Shown: positions 1-7,248, counted from the stretch's first letter. The stretch: 11,414 bases of DNA from an uncultured Candidatus Rokubacteria bacterium (GCA_963805625.1 CAWDVE010000005.1:1-11414), one strand, 5' to 3'. A program made the numbers and translations. The notes: generated from the sequence alone by a model not told the origin.

Positions 1-30
1 CTACTGAGGTGCCGGTTACTTCGCGCTTAC
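1..30. mobile_element. Possible IS66-family terminal inverted repeat; the element would lie left of the window
   Basis: Minus strand from 30 reads GTAAGCGCGAAGTAACCGGCACC, and IS66 termini typically begin GTAAGCG. No transposase or second end is visible. Confidence 0.3.
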
Positions 31-37
31 GCCGAGT

Positions 38-73
38 GGGGTAGCACCCCGGCTTGTTCCGGGGGCTTGCCCC
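38..73. repeat. Imperfect inverted repeat, REP-like (GTAG foot plus hairpin)
   Basis: GTAG (41-44) is followed by CCCCGG-CTTGTT-CCGGGG (47-64), extendable by GGGGTAGC/GCTTGCCCC. Single copy in the window. Confidence 0.35.
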
Positions 74-184
74 GCGGCGTGGGGTGGTGCGCGTGCCGAA
101 TACCATGGGCGAGGTCGTTCGGGGCGCGAGGCGAGATTACGGCGGGGCGGCGCTCAGGACCCGCTCGGGGTGCCGCTCCCCAAT

Positions 185-195
185 ATATGGCATAT
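185..195. promoter_or_regulatory. AT-rich palindrome, candidate transcription-factor operator
   Basis: ATATG-G-CATAT is a perfect dyad inside an AT-rich patch (181-213), about 50 bp upstream of the FDH beta/gamma gene. Confidence 0.35.
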
Positions 196-228
196 GACGC
201 ACCCCATAATCAACCGTCGGGGCCGAGC

Positions 229-234
229 TATGCT
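229..234 (+). promoter_or_regulatory. Candidate -10 element (TATGCT)
   Basis: TAnnnT hexamer 8 nt before ATG 243. Alternatively CATAAT (205-210) is the -10 and GGGGGAG (235-241) is an SD for ATG 249. Confidence 0.3.
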
Positions 235-242
235 GGGGGAGC

Positions 243-2354
243 ATGCCCATGACCACCCCGCAGATCGAAGCGCTCCTCGCCCCCTTTCCGCCGGAGCGGA
301 CGTGGCTGCTGCCGGCGCTCCAGCGCGTCCAGGCGGAGCGGGGGTGGCTCGCCGCCGACGACCTCGCGGCGGTGGCCGCCCACCTCCACGTCCCGCGGAG
401 CGAGGTCTACGGCGTCGCGACCCACTACCCTGAGTTCCGTCTCGCCGCGCCGGGGCGTCACGTCGTCCGCGTTTGCGCGGGCGTCTCCTGCCGCGTGAAC
501 GGAGGCCTCGGGTTGCTTGCCGAGCTCGAGCGGCGGCTCGGCATCGCGGCGGGGCACACGACGGCCGACGGCGAGGTGACGCTCGAGGAGGCTGACTGCT
601 GCTTCGTCTGTAGCGTCGCGCCCGTGGTCGAGGTGGACCATGCCTACCTCGGCGGGCCAACGGCCGAGGCGGTTCTCGCGGCCGGCCGCGGCCCACATGC
701 CGGCGCCCACGCAGCGCTGCCGTCCGGGATGGCCGTGACTGGTCCGCTCGCCGCGGGCGGCGGCGCGGCGGCCCCGGTGGCGGCGCCGTCAGGCTCGACC
801 GCCCGGGCCCGGCTCGAGGCGCTCGTCGCCCGCGCGCGCCAACGAGACACGGGCACGACGCGGCTCCTCGTCGCCACCGGCTCCTGCGGGCTCGCGCGCG
901 GCGCGGCGGCGACGCGGGACACCCTCCAGGACGCGGTCCGGCGCGCGGGGCTCGCCGCGACGGTCGAGGACAGCGCGTGCACCGGCCTCTGTCACGCCCA
1001 GCCCGTCGTCGAAGTGCTCACGCCCAGCGTGCCACGCCTCACCGTAGAGCGCGTCACGCCCGACTGCGTCCCCGCGCTCCTGCGGCTCCTCCAGGGCGCG
1101 GGCGACCATAGCCTTTCGACGACGGCTTGGCCCCACGCGGCGCATCCCGTGCTCGGCGGCCAGGAGCGGATCCTCGCCGAGCGGTGGGGCGCGATCCGCC
1201 CGGGCTCGCTCGACGACGCGCTCTGCGCGGGCAGCTATGCCGCCCTCGCGGGCACCCTGGACGCGGGCCACCCCGGCGCCGTCGCCGCCACCGTGAAGGC
1301 CGCGGGCCTCCTCGGCCGAGGCGGCGCCTACTTTCCGGCCGCGGTGAAGTGGGAGGGCTGCCGCGCCGCGCGCGGCGCGCCGAAGTACCTCGTGGCCAAC
1401 GGCGAGGAGGGCGAGCCGGGGATTTTCAAGGACCGCCATCTGATGGAAGCGGACCCGCACCGGCTCCTGGAGGGTATGCTTCTCGCCGCGTATGCGGCCG
1501 GCGCGAGCCGGGGCATTCTTTATATCCACGGCGAGGCGGGACTCTCAGCCGAGCGGTGCGCCGGGGCCGTGCGGGAGGCGCACGCCGCTGGGGTCCTCGG
1601 CTCGCGCGTCCTCGGCACCGACTTCGCGTTCGAGGTCGAGATCCGGCGCGGCGCCGGCGGCTTCGTCCTTGGCGAGGAGACGGCCCTCCTCGAGTCGATC
1701 GAGGGCAAGCGCGCGATGCCGCGGCCGAAGCCTCCGTTCCCGGTGGACGTGGGCGTCCATGGCCAGCCCACGGTCATCAACAACGTGGAGACGCTCTCCG
1801 CAGTGCCGCTCATCGTGGGCGGCCGTCCCGAGGCGGCGCGCACGAAGCTCTTCGGTCTTTCGGGCCACGTCCTCTGGCCGGGCGTCGTCGAGGCGGCCCC
1901 GCCGCTCACGCTCCGGCGGCTGATCGACGGTCTTGGTGGCGGCCTCGCGACCGGGCGACCCCTCGGCGCGGTGGTGATCGGCGGGCCGTCCGGCATCGTC
2001 GTGCCGCCGGCGTTCCTCGACCGGCCTCTCGAGCGCCCGGCGCTCTCGCCCGGAACCGGCGGGATCGTCGCCCTCGACGCGCGAGCGGACGTCCGCGACG
2101 TGGTCCGGACGCTCCTCGCATTCAACGCCCGCGAGTCCTGCGGCAAGTGCACGCCCTGCCGCGAGGGCACGGCGCGGATGCTCGAGCTCCTCGACGGCGT
2201 CGCCCGCGCCGGGGTCGCCGACTCGCTCGCGGAGCTCCGCGAGCTGGCCGACGTCATCCAGCTAGCCTCGCTGTGCGGCCTCGGCCAGGCTGCGCCGCTC
2301 TCGCTCCGGGCCGCGCTCGAGCACTTCCCGGAGCGCCTCTCCGGCGCCCGCTGA
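243..2354 (+). CDS. NuoE-like [2Fe-2S] / thioredoxin-like / NuoF-like FMN-NADH-binding fusion; probable diaphorase (gamma+beta) subunit of an NAD-dependent formate dehydrogenase
   Basis: NuoE motifs LLPALQRVQAERGWL, VYGVATHY, CAGVSC...CCFVCSVAP. Middle Trx-like module ATGSCGLARGA...CTGLCHAQPVVEV. NuoF motifs GRGGAYFP, NGEEGEPGIFKDR, GEETALLESIEG, INNVETL, GGPSG, ESCGKCTPCREG...SLCGLG. The start may be 249. Confidence 0.9.
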   Translation: MPMTTPQIEALLAPFPPERTWLLPALQRVQAERGWLAADDLAAVAAHLHVPRSEVYGVATHYPEFRLAAPGRHVVRVCAGVSCRVNGGLGLLAELERRLGIAAGHTTADGEVTLEEADCCFVCSVAPVVEVDHAYLGGPTAEAVLAAGRGPHAGAHAALPSGMAVTGPLAAGGGAAAPVAAPSGSTARARLEALVARARQRDTGTTRLLVATGSCGLARGAAATRDTLQDAVRRAGLAATVEDSACTGLCHAQPVVEVLTPSVPRLTVERVTPDCVPALLRLLQGAGDHSLSTTAWPHAAHPVLGGQERILAERWGAIRPGSLDDALCAGSYAALAGTLDAGHPGAVAATVKAAGLLGRGGAYFPAAVKWEGCRAARGAPKYLVANGEEGEPGIFKDRHLMEADPHRLLEGMLLAAYAAGASRGILYIHGEAGLSAERCAGAVREAHAAGVLGSRVLGTDFAFEVEIRRGAGGFVLGEETALLESIEGKRAMPRPKPPFPVDVGVHGQPTVINNVETLSAVPLIVGGRPEAARTKLFGLSGHVLWPGVVEAAPPLTLRRLIDGLGGGLATGRPLGAVVIGGPSGIVVPPAFLDRPLERPALSPGTGGIVALDARADVRDVVRTLLAFNARESCGKCTPCREGTARMLELLDGVARAGVADSLAELRELADVIQLASLCGLGQAAPLSLRAALEHFPERLSGAR

Positions 2355-2384
2355 GGGTCGCCTCCGGCCGAAGGCCGCCCCTCG

Positions 2385-3440
2385 GTGCCAGACACGCCCG
2401 TCACGCCGGGCCTCCCGGGCGAGGGCGGCGATCCCGGCGGGCCCCTGTGGGCGGCGGCGCAGGTGCCGATCGGGGCCGCCGTCGACCCCGACCTCCTCCA
2501 ACGCGACCCGGCCTACCGCGCCACGCTCGTGCGCGAGTTCAACGCGATCACGCCCGAGAACGCGATGAAGTGGGGCGCGGTCCACCCCTTCGAGCGCGAG
2601 TGGAGCTTCGACCCCGCGGACCAGCTGGTCACGTTCGCGGAGGCGCACGGGATGCGCATCCACGGCCACACGCTCGTCTGGCACCGCCAGCTCGCCGACT
2701 GGCTGACGCCGGCGCTCACTCGGCGCGAGGTGGCGCGCGCTCTCGCCTCCCACATCGAGACCCTCGTGGGACGCTACGCGGGACGCATCGCGTCGTGGGA
2801 CGTCGTCAACGAGGCGATCGCCGACGGCGGGGGCCTCCGCGACACCTACTTCCTCCGCGCCTGCGGGGAGGACCACATCGCGGAGGCCTTCCGGCGGGCC
2901 CACGCGGCCGATCCCGGCACCCGGCTCTACTACAACGACTACGGCGCTGAGAGGTCCGGGCGGAAGTCGGACGCGGTGTACGCGCTCGTCCGGCGGCTCC
3001 TCGACGCGGGCGTCCCCGTCCACGGGGTCGGCCTCCAGATGCACCTCCAGACCACCCGCCCGCCGAAGCCCGCCGCCATCACGGCCAGCGTGGCGCGGCT
3101 CCTCGGGCTCGGCCTCGAGGTCCGGATCACGGAGATGGACGTCCGGGTCCGCAGGATCCGCCGGACGGATCCCCTCGCCCTCCAGCGCCGCGTCTACCAC
3201 GACGCGATCGCGGCCTGCGCGGGGCTGTCGGGCTTCGCGGGCGTGACGTTCTGGGGCGTGAGCGACCGGCACTCCTGGGTCCACAGCAAGTTCGGCGAGG
3301 ACGCTCCCCTGCTCTTCGATCGGGACTACGCGCCGAAGCCCGCCTACTTCGGCGTGCGCAACGCGCTCGCGGCGGCTCAGAAGGCCACGGCCAAGTCGAT
3401 CCCGAACGTCCAGCCGGAGAACGCGTCGGACCAGAAGTAG
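2385..3440 (+). CDS. Endo-1,4-beta-xylanase, glycoside hydrolase family 10, no signal peptide
   Basis: TPENAMKW, HGHTLVWH, WDVVNE (acid/base Glu), LYYNDY, GVGLQMH, ITEMDV (nucleophile Glu), TFWGVSD..SW, PLLFD..YAPKPAY. The GTG start is uncertain because there is no SD. Confidence 0.92.
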   Translation: MPDTPVTPGLPGEGGDPGGPLWAAAQVPIGAAVDPDLLQRDPAYRATLVREFNAITPENAMKWGAVHPFEREWSFDPADQLVTFAEAHGMRIHGHTLVWHRQLADWLTPALTRREVARALASHIETLVGRYAGRIASWDVVNEAIADGGGLRDTYFLRACGEDHIAEAFRRAHAADPGTRLYYNDYGAERSGRKSDAVYALVRRLLDAGVPVHGVGLQMHLQTTRPPKPAAITASVARLLGLGLEVRITEMDVRVRRIRRTDPLALQRRVYHDAIAACAGLSGFAGVTFWGVSDRHSWVHSKFGEDAPLLFDRDYAPKPAYFGVRNALAAAQKATAKSIPNVQPENASDQK

Positions 3441-4366
3441 GAGCCCGCCAGCCCCACCTCTGTCACCTTCCAGAGCCGGCCCTTCGGATCAAGCGCGATG
3501 TGGGCCCCGGTCGAGTGGAAGTGGTCACTTTTGAGGCTCTGGCGGATCCCGCCGAAGAGCTCCGCGCGATTGACGAACCCGCCCACCAGGAGCGGCCAGC
3601 CGGCGACCTCCCAGGGCGTGACGACGTCAACCTCCACGCGGTTGTTCCAGACCTGGGACTCGCTCGTGAACGAGTATGCATCCGTCGAGCGCGCGATTGG
3701 GACGGTGGCGAAGTACGTGTAGGTCGACGTGAGCCCGAGCGTCACGCGCCCGAAGGTCGGCCGGTAGCGGAGCGCGAGCGAGGGGATGAACGTGAGCGTG
3801 TGCGTGTGCCAGTTGACGAGCTGCCCGTCGACCGCCTGCTCGGCCGCGCGCCCCGGCTCGGTCCCGGCATCGAAGTCGTTCTCCGTGTACGCGTAGAGCA
3901 GGCTGAAGCTCGGCAGCACGCTCAGGTCCGGCAGGAGCCCGATGCGCGGGCCCGCGCCGAGGCCGAGCGAGTAGGTGGTGTAGGTTGACTCGTTGCCAGC
4001 GAGCGGGCCGTTGCGGAACTGGTTGGTGAAGTAGGCGGTGCCCACCGAGCCGAGGAGGACCGGCGTCCAGGTGAGCCCACCCGCGCCGAGCGGTCTGGGG
4101 GCGCCCAGCTCCGTACTCCACGGGTACTTGAGGACGCCCGCGTCGACGTCGTTGAAGCCCCAGCCGAAGAGCCCGCCCTGGGGTGCCTCCTGGCCGCCGA
4201 GGATGGCGGCCGCCTCCACGCGGTTGCCGACGACCTGGTCCAGCTGGTTCCGGATGTCCGTGAGCGACGGGGCCGGCTGGGCGGCGGCGCGCCGGGCCCC
4301 GCCGAGCAGGCACAGGACCAGCGCGAGCAGGACCGGAATCCACGATCTGGGCGTCGGTCTATGCAA
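3377..4366 (-). CDS. Outer-membrane beta-barrel protein, probably solitary autotransporter-like barrel (Omp_AT-like)
   Basis: Signal peptide WIPVLLALVLCLLGGARRAAA|Q, amphipathic aromatic-rich strands (YSLGLGAG, FSLLYAYTENDF, LALRYR), and a C-terminal BAM-type beta-signal FGIDLAVAF. TTG 4366 is preferred over 4441 because it sits just after a promoter-like motif and gives a normal-length signal peptide. Confidence 0.75.
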   Translation of the reverse strand: MHRPTPRSWIPVLLALVLCLLGGARRAAAQPAPSLTDIRNQLDQVVGNRVEAAAILGGQEAPQGGLFGWGFNDVDAGVLKYPWSTELGAPRPLGAGGLTWTPVLLGSVGTAYFTNQFRNGPLAGNESTYTTYSLGLGAGPRIGLLPDLSVLPSFSLLYAYTENDFDAGTEPGRAAEQAVDGQLVNWHTHTLTFIPSLALRYRPTFGRVTLGLTSTYTYFATVPIARSTDAYSFTSESQVWNNRVEVDVVTPWEVAGWPLLVGGFVNRAELFGGIRQSLKSDHFHSTGAHIALDPKGRLWKVTEVGLAGSYFWSDAFSGWTFGIDLAVAF

Positions 4367-4373
4367 CGTGGCC

Positions 4374-4401
4374 AGGCTAGCAGCGGCGCCCCCCCGGTCA
4401 A
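4374..4401 (-). promoter_or_regulatory. sigma70-type promoter for the beta-barrel gene
   Basis: TTGACC (4401-4396), a 16-nt spacer containing G7 and a TGn extension, then TAGCCT (4379-4374), 7 nt before TTG 4366. Confidence 0.5.
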
Positions 4402-4443
4402 GGCACCTCCGGTGGCGACGCCGCTTCGTACGCCCGGGCAAGG

Positions 4444-4449
4444 TATCCT
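4444..4449 (+). promoter_or_regulatory. Candidate -10 element (TATCCT) for the FDH alpha gene
   Basis: TAnnnT hexamer 7 nt before ATG 4457. The upstream gene is divergent, so a dedicated promoter here is likely. Confidence 0.35.
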
Positions 4450-4456
4450 AGGAACC

Positions 4457-7186
4457 ATGCTGCTTCGGCTGACCATCGACGCTCGGCCGGTGGAGGTGCC
4501 CGAGGGCGCCACGGTGCTCGACGCTGTGAACCGCCTCGGGATCGACCTCCCCCAGCTCTGCAAAGATCCCGACCGGGCGCCGCTCGGCGCCTGCCGCACG
4601 TGCCTGGTGGAGGTCGAGGGCCAGCGCGGCTTCCCCGCCTCCTGCCACCTTCCGGCCCGCGACGGGATGACGGTGCGCACGGACACGCCCGGCGTGACGC
4701 GGCTCCGGCGGGGCGTCCTCGATCTCACGCGCTCCATGCTCGTAGCGGGCGACGGGCGCGACGGCTTCGGCCAGCTCGGCGAGGCGGCGGCGCGCCACGG
4801 GCTCGCGGCGCCGACCTGGGCCCCCCTGCACCGGCACGCCGTCGACGACTCGAAGTCGTTCTTCGTCCTCGACCGCGAGGCCTGCATCCTCTGCGGGCGC
4901 TGCACGACCGCCTGCGACGACGTCCAGCGGATCGGGGCGATCAGCCTCGTGGGCCGGGGGCACGCCGAGCGGGTCGGGGTCTTCGGCGACGGCCTCATGG
5001 CGTCGTCGATCTGCACGTCCTGCGGCCAGTGCGTCGCCACCTGCCCCACCGGCGCGCTCCGCCCGAAGGAGGCGCCGGCCCGGATCGAGCGGCGCGTCGA
5101 GACCACCTGCCCCTACTGCGGCGTCGGCTGCGGCATCGTCAACGCGGTGCGGGACGACGGGCGGCTCGCCGTGATGGCCGACGACGTGCCGGCGAATCGG
5201 TCGAGCGAGGGCATGCTCTGCGTGAAGGGCCGGTTCGGGACGGGCTTCCTCCACGCGAAGGATCGCGTTGTCCGTCCGATGGTCCGGCGGGACGGCCGCT
5301 GGGAGCCCGTCTCCTGGGACGCGGCCCTCGACGCCGCCGCGGCCGGGCTCGCGCGCCACCGCGGGCGCTTCGGGGCGCTCGCCTCGGCCAAGGCGACCAA
5401 CGAGGACGGCTACCTCATCCAGAAGTTCTGCCGCGCCGTGATGAGCACGAACAGCGTCGACCACTGCACGCGCCTCTGCCACTCGCCCTCGGTCGAGGCG
5501 ATGCTCACGTCGATGGGCTCGGGCGCCACCTCGAACTCGTACGTCGACTACGAGGAGGCGGGCTGCCTCATGATCGTGGGGGCGGATGCGAGCGCGAACC
5601 ACCCGGTGATCGCGATCCGCTTCCGCCGCGCCCACGCGCGGGGGGCGCGGATCGTCGTGGTCAATCCCAAGCGGATCGAGCTCTGCGACTACGCCCACGT
5701 CTGGATCCGCCAGCGCCCGGGGACCGACGTCGCCCTCTTCAACGCGATGGCGCGCGTTATCCTGACCGACGGCCTCTGGGACGAGGGCTTCGTGCGGGCG
5801 CGCACCGAGGGGTTCGACGCCTGGCGGGCCGCGGTCGAGCCCTACACGCCGGAGCACGCCGAGGCGATCACGGGGGTGCCGGCCGCCGACATCGTCCAGG
5901 CCGCCCGCTGGTACGCGCGACCGCCCTACGCCGGGTCCTGCCTCATCTGGGGCATGGGCATCACGCAGCACACGAACGGGACCGCGAACGCCCACGCGCT
6001 CCTGAACCTGGCGCTCGTCTCCGGCCAGCTCGGGAAGCCCGGGAACGGGATCTCCCCGCTTCGCGGCCAGAACAACGTCCAGGGGTGCGGCGACGCGGGA
6101 TGCATCCCGACGAACCTCCCGGGTTACCAGAGCTACGATGCGCCGACGCTCTCGAAGTTCGAGCGCGTCTGGGGCGTCCGGCCGCCGGCCGAGCCCGGCC
6201 TCGTCGTGACGGACATGGTCGAGGGCTGTCTCGACGGGCGGATCCGCGCGATGTACGTGGTGGGCGAGAACCCCCTCCTGTCGGAGCCCGACCTCCACCA
6301 CGCGCAGAAGGCCCTCTCCCAGCTCGACTTCCTCGTGGTCCAGGACCTCTTCCTCCACGAGACGGCGGAGCTCGCCCACGTGTTCCTCCCGGCGGCCGGG
6401 TTCGCCGAGAAGGAAGGCACGTTCACGAACTCCGAGCGGCGGGTCCAGCGGGTGCGGCAAGTGCTCGCCCCGGCCGGGGATGCGCGCCCGGACTGGTGGA
6501 TCACGGCCGAGCTCGCGGAGCGCGTCGCGCGGCGGCTCGGCCTCCCCGTGCAGGGCTTCGACTACCCGGACGCCTCGGCGGTGTGGGACGAGATGGCGGG
6601 ACTCGTGCCGTTCCTCGCGGGGATCACGCACGCCCGCCTCGACCGGGAGGGCGGGCTCCAGTGGCCGTGCCCGGCGCCGGACCACCCGGGCACCCGCTAC
6701 CTCTACGCGGAGAGCTTCTCGCGCGGCCTCGGGAAGTTCGTGCCGGTCACCCAGGGCGCGGCGGCCGCCGAGCTGCCGGACCCGGACTACCCGTTCGTCC
6801 TCAACACCGGGCGGCTCCTCTATCACTGGCACGGCGGCACGATCACCCGGCGCGTGCCGGGGCTCCTCGAGCTGGAGCCCAGGCTCCGCGTCGCGATCCA
6901 CCCGCTCGACGCGCGGCGGCTCCGGCTCCACGACGGCGACCTGGTGCGGCTCACCTCCCGGCGGGGCGAGCTGGAAGGCTACGCGCGCCTCACCGACGAC
7001 GTGCGGCCCGGCGCGGTCTTCGTGCCCTTCGTCAAGCTCGCCGAGTCGGCGGCAAACTTCTTGACGAACTCCGCCCACGACCCCACCTCGAAGATCCCCG
7101 AGTACAAGGTCTGCGCCGTCCGAGTCGAGCCCGTGCATGCCGACGCGGACACCCAATCCGCCGCGACCAGCGCGCCCCGGGCCTGA
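4457..7186 (+). CDS. fdhF: Formate dehydrogenase alpha subunit (Mo/W-bisPGD, Cys ligand), FdhF/FdsA-like, 909 aa, cytoplasmic
   Basis: N-terminal [2Fe-2S] C-x10-C-x2-C-x13-C. Two [4Fe-4S] motifs CILCGRCTTAC and CTSCGQCVATCP. Proximal cluster TCPYCGVGC...CVKG. Active site DHCTRLCH and PLRGQNNVQG, plus FAEKEGTFTNSERR, LNTGR and KIPEYKVCAV. No Tat signal. Homology starts at ATG 4457, not 4361. Confidence 0.93.
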   Translation: MLLRLTIDARPVEVPEGATVLDAVNRLGIDLPQLCKDPDRAPLGACRTCLVEVEGQRGFPASCHLPARDGMTVRTDTPGVTRLRRGVLDLTRSMLVAGDGRDGFGQLGEAAARHGLAAPTWAPLHRHAVDDSKSFFVLDREACILCGRCTTACDDVQRIGAISLVGRGHAERVGVFGDGLMASSICTSCGQCVATCPTGALRPKEAPARIERRVETTCPYCGVGCGIVNAVRDDGRLAVMADDVPANRSSEGMLCVKGRFGTGFLHAKDRVVRPMVRRDGRWEPVSWDAALDAAAAGLARHRGRFGALASAKATNEDGYLIQKFCRAVMSTNSVDHCTRLCHSPSVEAMLTSMGSGATSNSYVDYEEAGCLMIVGADASANHPVIAIRFRRAHARGARIVVVNPKRIELCDYAHVWIRQRPGTDVALFNAMARVILTDGLWDEGFVRARTEGFDAWRAAVEPYTPEHAEAITGVPAADIVQAARWYARPPYAGSCLIWGMGITQHTNGTANAHALLNLALVSGQLGKPGNGISPLRGQNNVQGCGDAGCIPTNLPGYQSYDAPTLSKFERVWGVRPPAEPGLVVTDMVEGCLDGRIRAMYVVGENPLLSEPDLHHAQKALSQLDFLVVQDLFLHETAELAHVFLPAAGFAEKEGTFTNSERRVQRVRQVLAPAGDARPDWWITAELAERVARRLGLPVQGFDYPDASAVWDEMAGLVPFLAGITHARLDREGGLQWPCPAPDHPGTRYLYAESFSRGLGKFVPVTQGAAAAELPDPDYPFVLNTGRLLYHWHGGTITRRVPGLLELEPRLRVAIHPLDARRLRLHDGDLVRLTSRRGELEGYARLTDDVRPGAVFVPFVKLAESAANFLTNSAHDPTSKIPEYKVCAVRVEPVHADADTQSAATSAPRA

Positions 7187-7226
7187 CCCCTCGGCCCGCG
7201 ACGCTCCCCGGCGCCCACCCCGGGCT

Positions 7227-7248
7227 CGCCGCGCGGTGACGGCGTTTT
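7227..7248 (+). terminator. Weak candidate intrinsic terminator after the FDH alpha gene
   Basis: CGCCG-N8-CGGCG followed by TTTT, about 40 nt after the stop. Stem and U-tract are short. Confidence 0.3.

Noticed and set aside
1-240. Moco riboswitch, tRNA, SRP/RNase P RNA or HEARO/omega RNA upstream of the FDH gene
   Set aside because: Hairpins exist, but I could not match the conserved cores of these families by eye. An Rfam cmscan would settle it.
243-2354. Respiratory complex I nuoEF or a flavin-bifurcating HydB/HylB
   Set aside because: No other nuo genes are adjacent, an FDH alpha lies nearby, and the C-terminal ferredoxin domain typical of bifurcating beta subunits is missing.
2353-2383. 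Hairpin between the beta gene and GH10 as a terminator
   Set aside because: CGGCC-GAA-GGCCG with an outer GAGGG/CCCTC pairing has no U-tract, and such stems are common at this GC content.
4361-4456. N-terminal extensions of FDH alpha (from 4361) and of the barrel (from 4441, with an RRRHRR Tat-like look)
   Set aside because: They would overlap head to head across the divergent promoter region. Homology and signal-peptide geometry support starts at 4457 and 4366.
5458-5490. Selenocysteine/SECIS at the FDH active site
   Set aside because: The ligand codon is TGC (Cys) in RLCH, and there is no in-frame TGA.
4448-7239. Long alternative ORFs over the FDH alpha gene (902 aa minus, 879 aa plus) and similar ones elsewhere (1127-2950, 2262-3284, 3922-5106)
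   Set aside because: Shadow ORFs expected from high GC3 codon bias. They are Arg/Gly/Pro-rich or antisense mirrors with no recognisable motifs.
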